This document shows positions 26,601 to 36,700 of a stretch of 64,000 nt of DNA, piece by piece. Every line of letters starts with the position of its first letter. Within the stretch, counting starts at the first letter, position 1. The DNA comes from Phoronis australis (lineage: Eukaryota; Animalia; Phoronida), in NCBI GenBank assembly GCA_002633005.1, contig NMRA01000033.1:196397-260396 (forward strand), in the 5' to 3' direction. Below the pieces are notes generated by a model, which ran no database searches, had not been told where the DNA came from, and saw only the letters and a program-made list of their open reading frames with translations. The position numbers were made by a program, and so were the translations under genes.

Positions 26601-29600
26601 GCTTGCTAAAATTATTTCTGTGCCAAGTTTACAACAGTTACCTCCAACAATCTTGTCATGCGTAATGTGATGTACTCCCAATGTAGCCCGCTTGGAATCA
26701 TTGTTGCTTAAGTTGATCACCATCTTGGATTTGTAAGCAAACTAGCTTTCGAGAGTGATCGCAAGCACACGCATGTTTAAAGTTGTTTAACAGGCAAGCA
26801 CTCGAGGCACTTGTGAGCACCCGCTTTATGTTGAGAGTCACTGCACCCATATCTTCTGCTGCATTGGGTACAACAGGCTCAGCACCGGGCACACCATTTA
26901 TTGTAGCAACTTCTGTTCAAAAAACAGTTGCAGCATCTGTTCAGAAGCAGTAGCAGAAGTAGCCACAAAAGACTTTACAACTGCAATAGTTGCAGCGACT
27001 CTTGTACCAATTTCATGTAATGCAAATCAAAATTTTGCAGCAGCAGGTTTGAAACGTGAGTAACTGCATCAGAGGGTGTCATAGACAAGAGTGGAAGAAG
27101 GAATGGGGTATTTGTTGTTGCATTTGTCGTTGAAGGCCTCAGATCCATTTTTTGTTTTGCATAGTTCCTTTTACTCTCAATCAACATGATTTTCGCATAC
27201 TTTTCTGTAACTATTTTTAAAAAATTGTTTAATTTGAACAATAATCAAAACTTCATTGCCAGTTCATTGTCTAAACTAACAAGTAGTCACTGTGACCTGC
27301 AAAAGAGGAGAGTTGAATTTGGGAAGCTGGAATTATGTAAAGGTTAGTTGTTTCTTATTTTGTTTTCCAGGTTCAAGTTCAGGCAGGAGCTGGATGCCAA
27401 GCTGTCGTCCCCGGCAACAGTTTTAACAGTGTTCAACAATAGTGTCATGCATGGCAGCAAGGGGGCAGTAAACTCTGTCAAATTACCCAGTGATATTAAC
27501 AAGTATTCCAAGGTGGTGTATTTCTGTTTCAGTTTTTGTTCCACTATGTCTTTATGTTCGCAGTGAAAGGGATGTACTGTACAATTTTTGAAGCTTAAAT
27601 ATTTAAGTTTTTGTGAAAAAAATTGAATGTCATGTTACAGTTCCTTGACAGCGAGTTGCCTGTCAATAAAGTAAAGCAACTATAAACCAAAAAACAAACT
27701 TTTGAGTTAAACCACTTACCACAATGAAATTGGTCTCAACTTGGTCATTACTCAGAGCAGAGGTGATGTTTGGGACAGCACGTAAATTTGACCTGACAAT
27801 TTGCTATTCTTTGAGACCGCATTCACTGCATAAAATGACACGCTGTTACAAGCCAGCCTGTAAGAGCCTGGTCTTGAGCAATAATGAACTGTTGGTTCAT
27901 TCCAGTCACCTCAAACTTGACTGAGGTACAATTTTGTACCATTTTCATAATGGTATGTAAGATACTGAGCTGCTAGATTTGGAATCCTTGACAAGTTCAA
28001 ACCAAGACTATGTATGCAGTCAAGAACCTTAGTGGTGATCTTGGATCTGTTCTGCAGTAATACATTATATCACACTGTCTTGCCAACATCAATTTACCTT
28101 CGCGTTTTGTAGGATGCTAATGCATTTGCAAAAGTACAGGCTTGTGCACAATTGTAACAAAAACGTCTTGATTTTTACCACAGTGACGATGGCAGGCCTG
28201 TTGTGTCGTCAGTGTGTTCAGAATTCAACTGAGAAGGCTACTTTCAGGCTACACTCTTTGCTTATGGCTACTGTAAATACGCTCTCATAGGTTTTCGATT
28301 TGTATCGTCAGGTTGAACTAGATATGGCACTCTCCTGTCCGGGTACACGGGACTCGGAATGCGCCGCTTGGGACCACACGGTACAGTTGTATGTCTGCTG
28401 CTACACCACCTCTCCTCTGTGTGGTATGGAACTTGGCCGGTGGATCACTCCATTTAGAAGGTGAGTGAGTCACGTGACTACATCATGTGATCACAGTTGT
28501 AGGTCTGTAGTGTAACTCGAGGAGTAGAAGTGAACTTGGCAGCAGTGTTGTGTTGTGTGATGACTGGCTCGGGTCGTCAGTGAAATGGTTGTATTCCGTA
28601 ACTAAGTGTAGAACACTCAATTACTAGTAATAGCAACTGGCAGTAGCAAAGGTGAGGACTGTCTTTATTAGACAAGTGAACAGTTTATATACAAGTTACA
28701 AATGTGTGGGTTGCATGCACTTAACTTCATGATTCAAGGTTCTACAGGAAATAACAGTAAACAACTTTAAGAACTTTCACAACAATCATAAGAACCACTC
28801 TATTGTGTTTGCCATATTTGGTAATGGTCAGCTGTCTTGAGACAATGATTCTGTGAATGACCATTACATAATCTAGTTTACTACTGAGTTCATCAAAACG
28901 TGTGGATGCACGGGATGGGCCACTGACTCAGCTGAAAGCCCAAACAAGTTACTGTAAACATTAGAACATTAGAAAATAGAACAAGGTTGTAATGTCTTCA
29001 TTGGCAGGCGTATTGGTCGCTGGTTGACAGACGTCACATCATTATCTCCCCTGATTGAGGGCACCACCTGTACTTTCACCATGAAAACTGCAGCGTGGGC
29101 CTCACCGTGGCTGACTTCTCTAAATCTCAGGCTGTCAAAAGGTAAATGATTTTCATAGTTTTTCAGGTGAGACCAGACTCCATTTTTGTTTTAATTTATC
29201 AGCTTCTTAACAATATTTGCCATTCATCTATCGGAAGCTCAAATTTCACTAGGTGGTGCTGGTGAGACAACTGTATTACGTGTATGAATTTGTGTTGTCT
29301 CATGGGGTCCACTGCATTCAAATACCCCTATGTTGACGAACAGTTTCTTCTCCACAGTCTAAACCAAAAGTCAAAACATTCTCTGTAAACACCACATATT
29401 GAATATGGTGTCTCTTGCATAATATTTCTTTATTTTCATTTGTTTTCCATCACTGTATAGAAAAATATTGTGGGAAACGTGTCAAGATGTTTCGACAATC
29501 ACAATTTACTTAGGGCTGTCCATTTCGTTAGTTATGCTACCAACTTTTATTCCAGATAAAAATGGTACCCTGTTTCGTGAATCATAAAGTACCGATTCGC

Positions 29601-32281
29601 TTCACAATGTGAAATGCATTAGGACTGATTATTCCACTTGTTACAGGCAGTGCATCTGAATATCCCATCACTATACAGCCTCTGTTCTATCCTGGTTTCA
29701 CATTCAACGCTGGGTACAACGATCACTGGAAACCAGTCCTTTTTACTTATCCTAAAGATGTGAAGAATGTTTCAATGGTATGAGTTCATTGTTGAACATG
29801 TAGCTTTGCTGGATTTTTTGCCGTCTTTGGTATCACCTCGGGTGGGTATTTTGCATTTGTCGTAGTGCCCTTTGGTGAGTCGGTGAAAGAAGGAAAAGAC
29901 TGTCCTTGAAGTAGAAAAATCATGGACCCACCAGCTTTGTCAATTTTTTTCAAACAAGTTGATCGTATCATCTTAATGATTCTCGCTGTGATTAATTGAA
30001 GAAGTATTGGACAGAAACGAGAAGTACCTCTGTCTATGCTTGAAGAAAGGAGAATGAAAGTAAAGGATTGCTGAAATAAGAAATTCAATATAAGTATTGG
30101 AACATTTGAAATGCAGGGCTTTGTGACTGTTGGTAAAGTTTCCTCAAATTCAAGCAAATATTGTTACCCAAATTATCATTTTTGTCGTTTTTCAAAAGCT
30201 CACTGAATTGCCAAAAATGTTCAAAATTTCACTGCGTGTTTGCTGGTGACAGCTGTACTCTATAAAGTTTTCAAACAATTACATGAAATTGTCTTCTTGT
30301 TTACTTTTGTTGAAAATTTTGATAAAATAAAATTTCAATATTTCGTCATATTGTGTTATTATTTGAAGAAACTTTGCGATAATTTTGATCTGGTCTCAGC
30401 ATGTGTTAGAGCTTGACCCGTTATTGCAGACTATGTTTTATTCCTTCTCAGGTTAAATTGGTTGCCGTAATAACGGGCCATGGGAGTGACAACAACGAAT
30501 GTGGTGAATTCTGCATCACCACCCATGTGTTTACAGTGAATAATGCCTACAACTGCAGTAGAACATTCTCCAATGCAGGTAGGAGATGCGGAGATTTTGA
30601 AGTTGGAGATATTAATGTGGTTTATAGTAAAAACTCCAATTTCGGACAAAATGAATTGTCAGTTGTCAAACGCTTCTTGAACAGTGCTGTATTGGTAAAA
30701 TTAGAGGTAAGTAGGTGCCCAAAGCCCACCCTATCGCCTTCAGCACTGAATGTAACTTACGGTGCGTAGGCGCTACGTTCAAATGCCAAAAGGTGGTTGG
30801 CTGCGCCTACGCCCCACTACAGCACTGTTCTCTAACATTGTTATGAATACCTTCAATTTCTCAAAGCATTGTCTGATGACAGCTATGATATAGAACTTAA
30901 AGGTGTACCAAGCACTGCTTTGGTGACCTGACTATTACCTTGGGATACCCCATTTCAAACAATGGTCAGTGTTGAGTGTATTGATTTATATTTGCGACAG
31001 TCACTTCATTCTTATGCTTGAGTGTGTAAATAATTTTTGTTTTGGGGTTTAGAATTTATCTGGATTTAAAGTTCCTCAAATTTTAGCATTTTGGCGTCTA
31101 CGCAAAATATTACAATGCTTATATTATTTTTCCATGTTTTGTTTTGTTGCCTCTGGTGTTTTCTGTGAAATATGATAAAATTAGAGGGTCACCTCATACA
31201 GCGTCACTTAAGAGAAAGTGTGCAATCAACCTTTTCAAAAGTGCGCCTATTTCAAGATCATGATGCCTCTATACATTTTACTAGATGGCAATTATATGTT
31301 CTGTTATTGGGATTGTGATATTGTGATTAATATTTGAATAATCTAAGATGAGAAGTTCCTTCTTTATTGCTGGTTCACGGCAAATTAAGCCACTGCATAT
31401 GTTGGTTTGCCCATTTCATTGTCAGATCTACGTTTTCAGTAAGGGGGGGGGTTTAGGATTCAAGCAAATCAGAGGCGCATAGCGCCGAGCGGAAGGAAAG
31501 TCGGGATGGGGTTTCCCCCTCCCATGTAAGATTTTTTGTGGTTTTTAGTAGCTGATTTCATTTTTCTGGCGAATTTTTTCAATTTTTATTTTTGATCTTG
31601 TCCCGAAGGGGGGGGGGTTGAACCCCCTGAACCCCCCTGTAGATCCGCCTCTGCGTTTTCATGCTAAGTATGACGTTATTCTGATATTTGACATTGTACA
31701 CTATTACTTAATTATAACAAAAACTCAATGCAAAATCAAATTTTTTTCAAGTTAAGTAACCTGTTAATTTTGAAAAAAAATTGTATTCTAACGTTTTATT
31801 AGTTAGTGAATGCCTTAAAGCAACTACTGCTTTTTGGCTTCTTAGCAAACTGTGTTGAACTCTTTTAATACATAACATTGACATCAAAACGTGCATTTTT
31901 TCTTTCATAGGAAAGACATTCGCTTAATTGATATTAAATTTTGGCGCGAGTTAAAAAGGGTGTAAAGTTACGACGTTAAGTGAAACAAGTATAAATCATA
32001 GGTTGTTTTCTCATTTTCCAGGAACACCTCTTGGCTGCGCCGAGCAAGTACCATTTGGGGTGGTCCCCAATGAGCATGGAACTTGGCTGTATGGCAGAGA
32101 TGGTTGGTGTGATGGTCAACAGGTGTCACCACTGGTTTATGACATCACATCCCATGTTACCTCAACAGCAACCAATAATATCACCTACAGGGGGCTGTTC
32201 CAAGGACAGACTCCGAATCCAACTGAAAACCCTGGGGAAATGATAGTGTATTCGTATCTGGTGTTTTACACCAAAAGATGA
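13880..32281 (+). CDS. Secreted PA-domain-containing peptide:N-glycanase of the bacterial PNGase F fold (Ngly2-like), 11 exons, ~773 aa
   Basis: join(13880-14622,21028-21188,22836-23014,23695-23846,26206-26349,27371-27512,28312-28460,29008-29141,29647-29777,30452-30578,32022-32281). All introns are GT-AG with consistent phases, total 2322 nt. Signal peptide; PA domain (GHIAIVQDGNCSYFKKVSQMQASGAVGVIV); PNGase F motifs CAAWDHT, ELGRWITPF, WLTDVT, ITGHG..CGEFC, GTWLYGRDGWCDG. Confidence 0.9.
14756..17129 (-). mobile_element. 5'-truncated, frameshifted non-LTR retrotransposon (LINE, CR1/L2/Daphne group) ORF2 remnant in intron 1
   Basis: Consecutive minus-strand ORF pieces: endonuclease end (LDLLLTN..SNHDIV), RT (YRPISLT, QHGFR, DFSKAFD, GVPQG, LFADD, YLGI), C-terminal NSFFP.TI..WN.LP. 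(GAA)n 3' tail near 14756-14768; 11-bp direct repeat aggttttgtta at 14745-14755 and 17130-17140. Confidence 0.93.
17143..17485. mobile_element. Degenerate palindromic MITE adjacent to the LINE
   Basis: Nested imperfect inverted repeats (aagtggcttatcaaccc / gggtttatcactactt; ttgttcctt / aaggaacaa; tttctgggtt / aacccagaaa). Confidence 0.45.
18911..19401. mobile_element. hAT-type MITE
   Basis: TIRs caggcctttatccag / ctgtataaagggctg; 8-bp TSD tctaagta / tcttagta; subterminal gggcatcc repeats. Confidence 0.7.
20439..20982. mobile_element. MITE with long imperfect terminal inverted repeats
   Basis: gcatgtc..ggaatcaacagttggtcggacttcaaa is mirrored by tttgaagtccgaccagttgttgattcc..gacatgc; the similarity extends well over 100 bp. 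Confidence 0.7.
21028..21188 (+). CDS. PNGase F-like gene exon 2
   Basis: tttcag acceptor, gtaaag donor; LSRAHVEDVTSRLHFVSEYYHNLGNWIPSLLMEWSCVDHNCGYDQ. Confidence 0.88.
22836..23014 (+). CDS. PNGase F-like gene exon 3 (start of PA domain)
   Basis: tacag acceptor, gtatca donor; RIDARYDWLP..GDGC..GHIAIVQDGNCSYFKK. Confidence 0.9.
23695..23846 (+). CDS. PNGase F-like gene exon 4 (end of PA domain)
   Basis: ctag acceptor, gtaaag donor; VSQMQASGAVGVIVV..DMTCVGDECNTPLNIPASMIP. Confidence 0.9.
24753..25148 (+). CDS. Truncated KolX-like protein (P2X7 C-terminal ballast/Cys-rich domain-like)
   Basis: Acidic N-terminus, YMFEPE motif, WCKCTVCVVMPTSMECLCCSE. Homology appears to stop near 25045, after which the frame reads antisense transposase sequence. 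Confidence 0.75.
   Translation: MSGVSDPYHSDSSVSNGDLVHSSGDEEFFHGHSVSGYMFEPEYNEAEYAQDQAAVERNEAATEDRRGDTSWCKCTVCVVMPTSMECLCCSEFDEAKLLLDMVKWTSGIPRTEEQLSHLPECPATHSHWMVT
24905..25843 (-). CDS. Truncated THAP-domain Kolobok transposase (N-terminal part; DDE core missing)
   Basis: THAP motif CCSVPGC..HRFP..W..RVYGKHF..LK..AI; Ser-rich linker; Cys/His motif KFIV..CQVC..QWECVAGHSGKWDS. No catalytic domain follows. Confidence 0.82.
   Translation of the reverse strand: MPHCCSVPGCTNYRLTRALGVPLHRFPMDDTLRRTWLVRVKNAALPVHATYKAVENYRVYGKHFLPSDYKRDLYAELMKVPAKQRLKDAISSVLIPGSAPSPPPRSVFLKREASRAVASTVTRASGGTSSTVTRASERTPERAIPGTSSDSPCAVFSSPEPLSSPAAILSSGSDYRLSSTPSEEDSSSSSEQIGEPNFNKFIVDLSKVLELFRRCQVCGEGVTRHDVSSLGAQVTIQWECVAGHSGKWDSCSSVRGMPEVHLTMSSSSLASSNSEQHKHSIEVGITTHTVHLHQDVSPRLSSVAASFLSTAA
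26206..26349 (+). CDS. PNGase F-like gene exon 5
   Basis: ttcag acceptor, gtgag donor; YQNTPSPSFFFAIDPKGQLSEVGWFLYPSFMFLVWQDQW. Confidence 0.9.
26402..26492. repeat. Low-complexity (AGT/AGC/AGA)n-like tract
   Basis: agtagtagtagcaacaacagtagaagcagtagaagc; explains the poly-Leu and poly-Ser spurious ORFs. Confidence 0.7.
27371..27512 (+). CDS. PNGase F-like gene exon 6
   Basis: ttccag acceptor, gtggtg donor; FKFRQELDAKLSSPATVLTVFNNSVMHGSKGAVNSVKLP. Confidence 0.87.
28312..28460 (+). CDS. PNGase F-like gene exon 7 (catalytic WD motif)
   Basis: VELDMALSCPGTRDSECAAWDHTVQLYVCC..ELGRWITPFR; gtgag donor. Confidence 0.92.
29008..29141 (+). CDS. PNGase F-like gene exon 8
   Basis: RIGRWLTDVTSLSPLIEGTTCTFTMKTAAWASPWLTSLNLRLS; gtaaat donor. 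Confidence 0.9.
29647..29777 (+). CDS. PNGase F-like gene exon 9
   Basis: ttacag acceptor, gtatga donor; YPITIQPLFYPGFTFNAGYNDHWKPVLFTYP. Confidence 0.87.
30452..30578 (+). CDS. PNGase F-like gene exon 10 (catalytic Glu motif)
   Basis: VKLVAVITGHGSDNNECGEFCITTHVFTVN; gtagga donor. Confidence 0.92.
30682..30827. mobile_element. Short hAT-like MITE
   Basis: cagtgctgtattgg / ccactacagcactg TIRs; flanks ttcttgaa / ttctctaa. Confidence 0.55.
31417..31653. mobile_element. MITE of the CAGTGGCGGATCT..AGATCCGCCxCTG family (degenerate)
   Basis: Right end tagatccgcctctg, poly-G/C subterminal tracts, flanks cattt / cgttt. Confidence 0.55.
32022..32281 (+). CDS. PNGase F-like gene exon 11 (terminal)
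   Basis: GTPLGCAEQVPFGVVPNEHGTWLYGRDGWCDG..YSYLVFYTKR then TGA. Confidence 0.92.
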
Positions 32282-33620
32282 TCTGATGCATTGATTTAGT
32301 TTAAGGTCATTCCATTCATATTTCAGTGAATCTTTGTTTTGTTTGAAAATTATTTTCTTTATGTTAATTTTACATTTCTTATTTAAGCAGAAACTAGCAT
32401 TTATTTAGAAATGTTGACCTTTGTGAAATCTTTTCACGCTTCATCAAGTAACCAACTGTTTTTTTTTCAACCATTGAAAGTATTTACTTTTTGAATCCTC
32501 GATGACTGAAAATTTTTTTTAAGCTGTGTCTGAAAACATTGCACAATGATGTATAATTTTGTAACCAGTGCGTCAGCTCAAACAAGGCTGGAAAGTTTTT
32601 CACAGATTTTATGAAATGGACATATATCAGAAGAAATTTCTGGTGCGAGGGCAAAATACTTGTGCTACTACCAACAAATTAAATGAAATTCTGTTTGGTG
32701 CTTATGGAATCACAAACAATCTTACTTTTAATGGTTATTTGTTGCTGCTTTTCACCTTTTTGTAACAACGACGAATCAAGTTGTCATATCTTATGCTAAC
32801 AGATTTTGACCCAAAGACATATTATAATTAGCTGTGACCTGAATGCCAGCCAATGAGCCAAGTGAATGCCTTGGTTCACAAGTTCACGTTTGCTAAAAAT
32901 GCAAATGGTGAAGTGACAAACAAATGGTAATGAAAAAATTTTTGAGTGAATAATTTCTTTTGAAGGGCTTTATTTCCATCCAGTTGACTCCTCGTAGCAT
33001 CTCTGCAGAGAAATTTCTTCATGCGATTGTAGTTTCGACGTGTGCGAGTTGATATTTAATGGGCAATTCAAGTCTGATATGTGTGTCACTAAATCCTACA
33101 CTTTGACCGTACAGACTTCCAACCCTGTAAGTATTCAGACTGGGTTTGCTGACTAGTAATTGTGTAGCCGCTATTCTTATGAAAAATGCCATTTTTGATT
33201 TGAACATAAAATTCCAAAAAAAAAATAAACTTCAGACAACTTTCTTAGTGTCAATACACAATGAACCGTGTCTCGGGTTTATCATTACCCTCAAGCAACA
33301 GAGCTATCAGCCATCCTTGTCAAAGCATTGTCGCCAGATGGTTGATAGCTCCCGTCTTCAAAACAACATTGCTTGAAACAGGGATGTTGTGTGTTGCTTC
33401 CCCAAGTACTGTCATCAGAATGCATCTTCATCAATAATTTGGATCCTAAATTTGGCATTATCTTGGAAGACAGGTCCCCGAAAGTGATCAGACTTTAGTC
33501 ATCACTAGGGGTGCCACCTGTTGTCTTTTTTGAAACCTTTGCATGCTGCTCCCTCTATTGTCTGGTCCAGTAATTAGAGTCTTCATATTATATAGTATTT
33601 GGCCATAACACAAACTCGGG

Positions 33621-33770
33621 CATATAGGTGGATTTGGGGGGGGGGCAGGGAAACAGTACCGAAAAATACGCCACCAGCATGCCGTTTTCAGCCGGGATAA
33701 AGGGGACATTTTTCCTACAAAAATTGTTGCTAGTCCTCCCCCCCTTAACAACATTCTAGATCTGCCATTG
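33621..33770. mobile_element. Degenerate copy of the same MITE family
   Basis: ggtggatttggggggg..cccccc..tctagatctgccattg. Confidence 0.45.
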
Positions 33771-36700
33771 GGGCCAGAGTGTCATCAATATGTGGTTCGG
33801 AAATACTGCTATTGTAAAATTTTCCATTTCGGACAAAAATAATTGCCATTCATTTTACAGTGTCATCTAGTATTGTGAATGCCAGCAGCTTCATCAAAAT
33901 AATTTCTGATGATAGCTTGAAGGCATGTAACTTCACCTACTAAAGCATTAGTTTGGCATTAGGCACCTTTCAGTGAAAATGAGAAAATAAAATTTCCGTT
34001 GTCCGCCATATTGTGTGCTCAATTACTGAGATTTCACAGTATTTCACAGTAACAGACCTACGTTCTCCACTACCTGCCAATCACTGGCTGTAGCCAGCAT
34101 CCCCGAGACTGCCTTTTTGTTCAGTGGTGATACACCTTATGTGAAAAGATATGGGAAAGCTATCGTAGTCGAGAACTGCCTTCTCTCTATGCCCAAGACA
34201 TGAGCTTATTGCCCTTAGAATCTTATCTTGTATCCTCTTGTATTTACCTCAATTCAGCCAAAGCCAGATGACGAAGTGTTGCACCACAATCGCGGCAAGC
34301 ATCACTTTTCTTGCTCCAAAAAATCCGTGACACAGATCCCTAGATCATGAAATAAGCGTGCAAACTTTGATATAAATAGACCCATGCGCTAAATAGAAAT
34401 TGATGCTAAAACTACCGAATGCATCGAAAATTACTGAGGGGCCTGAAATAGATAAAAATTTGACGCACTGAACTGAAGTCCTTATAGTTTACAAAAATGC
34501 TATGCGTTGCATTGAAATGCACAGTGGATAGTCATGAAATATTTAGATGTAATGTGAATATTGAATTTTTTAAAATTCCATGGAGATTGACGCTTATGTG
34601 AAGCGCCGCTAACCACGATCAGTGTGCCCTCCTGGTGGTCAAACTGAAATGACTCAAGCTTTTGTATGGATCTTTGATAAATTGTAATAAAAAATTATGA
34701 AGGGCAAACTGTTGCTCCTTAAATCATTGTGCTGCAACTGTTACAAAAACATTGTTACAAATGTTTTCATTAATTGCAGTTCAAAACAAGCATAAACTTG
34801 CTCATCTGAAAATCACTTTTTGTGTGTGCTCCAAATGTGATACTGGTACAAAATGTGAGGCTTGCACCGTTGTGACTGTATTTACCACATGCGATGAGGT
34901 CGTAACTTACCTCTAACACCAACCCAATTTAGGTGACTCTGTGTAGAACGCACTATTTTGAAGAAATCAGTGCAGTATTTGTTTTGTTGTCGCTTACAGG
35001 AGGTAGTTTCTGGCACTGCTGTTTAGTTTAGACTTTTTTCTGTGCTTGAAATAATGGGTTTACTGCAAATTTATGTTCTGTAAGTAATATCATGAATACA
35101 ATTTTTACCACTGATGATAAATATTATTTTTATCTTGATCATGGTCTGTTGTCAAATAATTATACATAGGCTACAAATTTTATGTTTCAAATTGAGAATT
35201 CTGGTGTTGCTACCCACAGGTCTTTACAATAGCGTGTTTACACTGTTGCTTGCTGCATGGTAATGATTTTTCTTCAGATTCATAAGTAATAATTGCCAAA
35301 ACCGTCATTAGAGAGATTACGGAGATGATTGGTTACGCGAGTTGGACGGATGCCTCAGTAACGTCACCCCTGTTGATCTCTGCTTCACCAAGATACCGGC
35401 TGCCGTAAACTAAAGTTTTGATTTGCCAGTTTGGATACAATGTTGCCCCCACCTCAATTTGGTGCCCCAGTTATCCAAAAATCCTAGTAAACGAGACAAA
35501 CGTCCACAAAATCCACAGAAAGACGTTGCAGATGCACAATTCGTAGGCCTGAACCTAGTGGCCCCGTTTTTACTTGTTTTTGTCCTCGGTGATTTCTTTC
35601 ACTAAAAGGTCCGCGTATCGAAGAATTAGAGCCCCCCATGTTTTAGGCTGGGTGCGCGCATGGACTTTAGATTAGGCTTGTGGCGTTTTAAAGTATTTTT
35701 GTGGCGTAGGACTTTCTGAATGCATCAGGGATCACTGGCAAATTTATGTTGTGACGGGGGTCTAGAACTTGGCAAACGTTGACGACAGCCCTAAAACGAC
35801 ACGTGAGCGCGGGGTTTTCGCCATGTCACTGCCAGAACAGCCGGAGTCTCTTGATACCTCCTTGTGAATTCACCGACTCATGTACGACAGAGGAGAGAAG
35901 TCAAATCTGTAAAGTGTAGATCTAAGCGTCATGAAGTCGAGTTTTCAAGACTAGTGGCATTTCAAGGGAATCTATTTAGGAATCGGATGAAGGAGTCAGT
36001 TTAGGGGGAATTTACATTGGCTACTTGCATTTTCTAAATCGCAATGTTGTGGCTGAGTATTTTTGGGCATCGGGTAAAGAATAACATCAGATTAGTACGT
36101 AACTTTTATTACCTGTAAAATACTAATATACACAGTAAACCGTATAGTTAATAATTACAAATATATACAATGACTGCTAACACATAACACCTGATTTATG
36201 ACGTTCCAATTGCACATTTTTTAAAGGCTTTGTTATACAGTAAGTGACGAACAACAGACTTCCTCTCAACCATACAGGTTTCCCTCAAAATGATATTCAC
36301 ACCAAACGCTTAAAATCGAAGTCCTTGAAATAACGCTTAAGATTGTTTCATGCAGTGCAAACATGTTCTATTATTTGTGTGCTACGTGGCTGAACCTCAA
36401 TGCTTATTGTCTTTAAATCAACTATAATTTATTCGAATACTTGTTTTTGTTTCTGTATCAACTGTCACGCCAAACTCGCTTTTAGAACGTCCGACCGAGA
36501 CTGTAAAACGAGCTAGGTATGAGCCGATTCAGGGACAACTTAAGTAAAAAAACATCGTGCCTTGAATGTCTTGCTGTAGATTGTACAGTGCTAATTTCCC
36601 TGTTTCCAAAGACAACGAATTGTTACGGGTTGACAAATTTTCAGAATCGTGAGTATTTATTTCGCAGTGCGAAGCATTTTCGTTAGAAGTGCGACAGATT

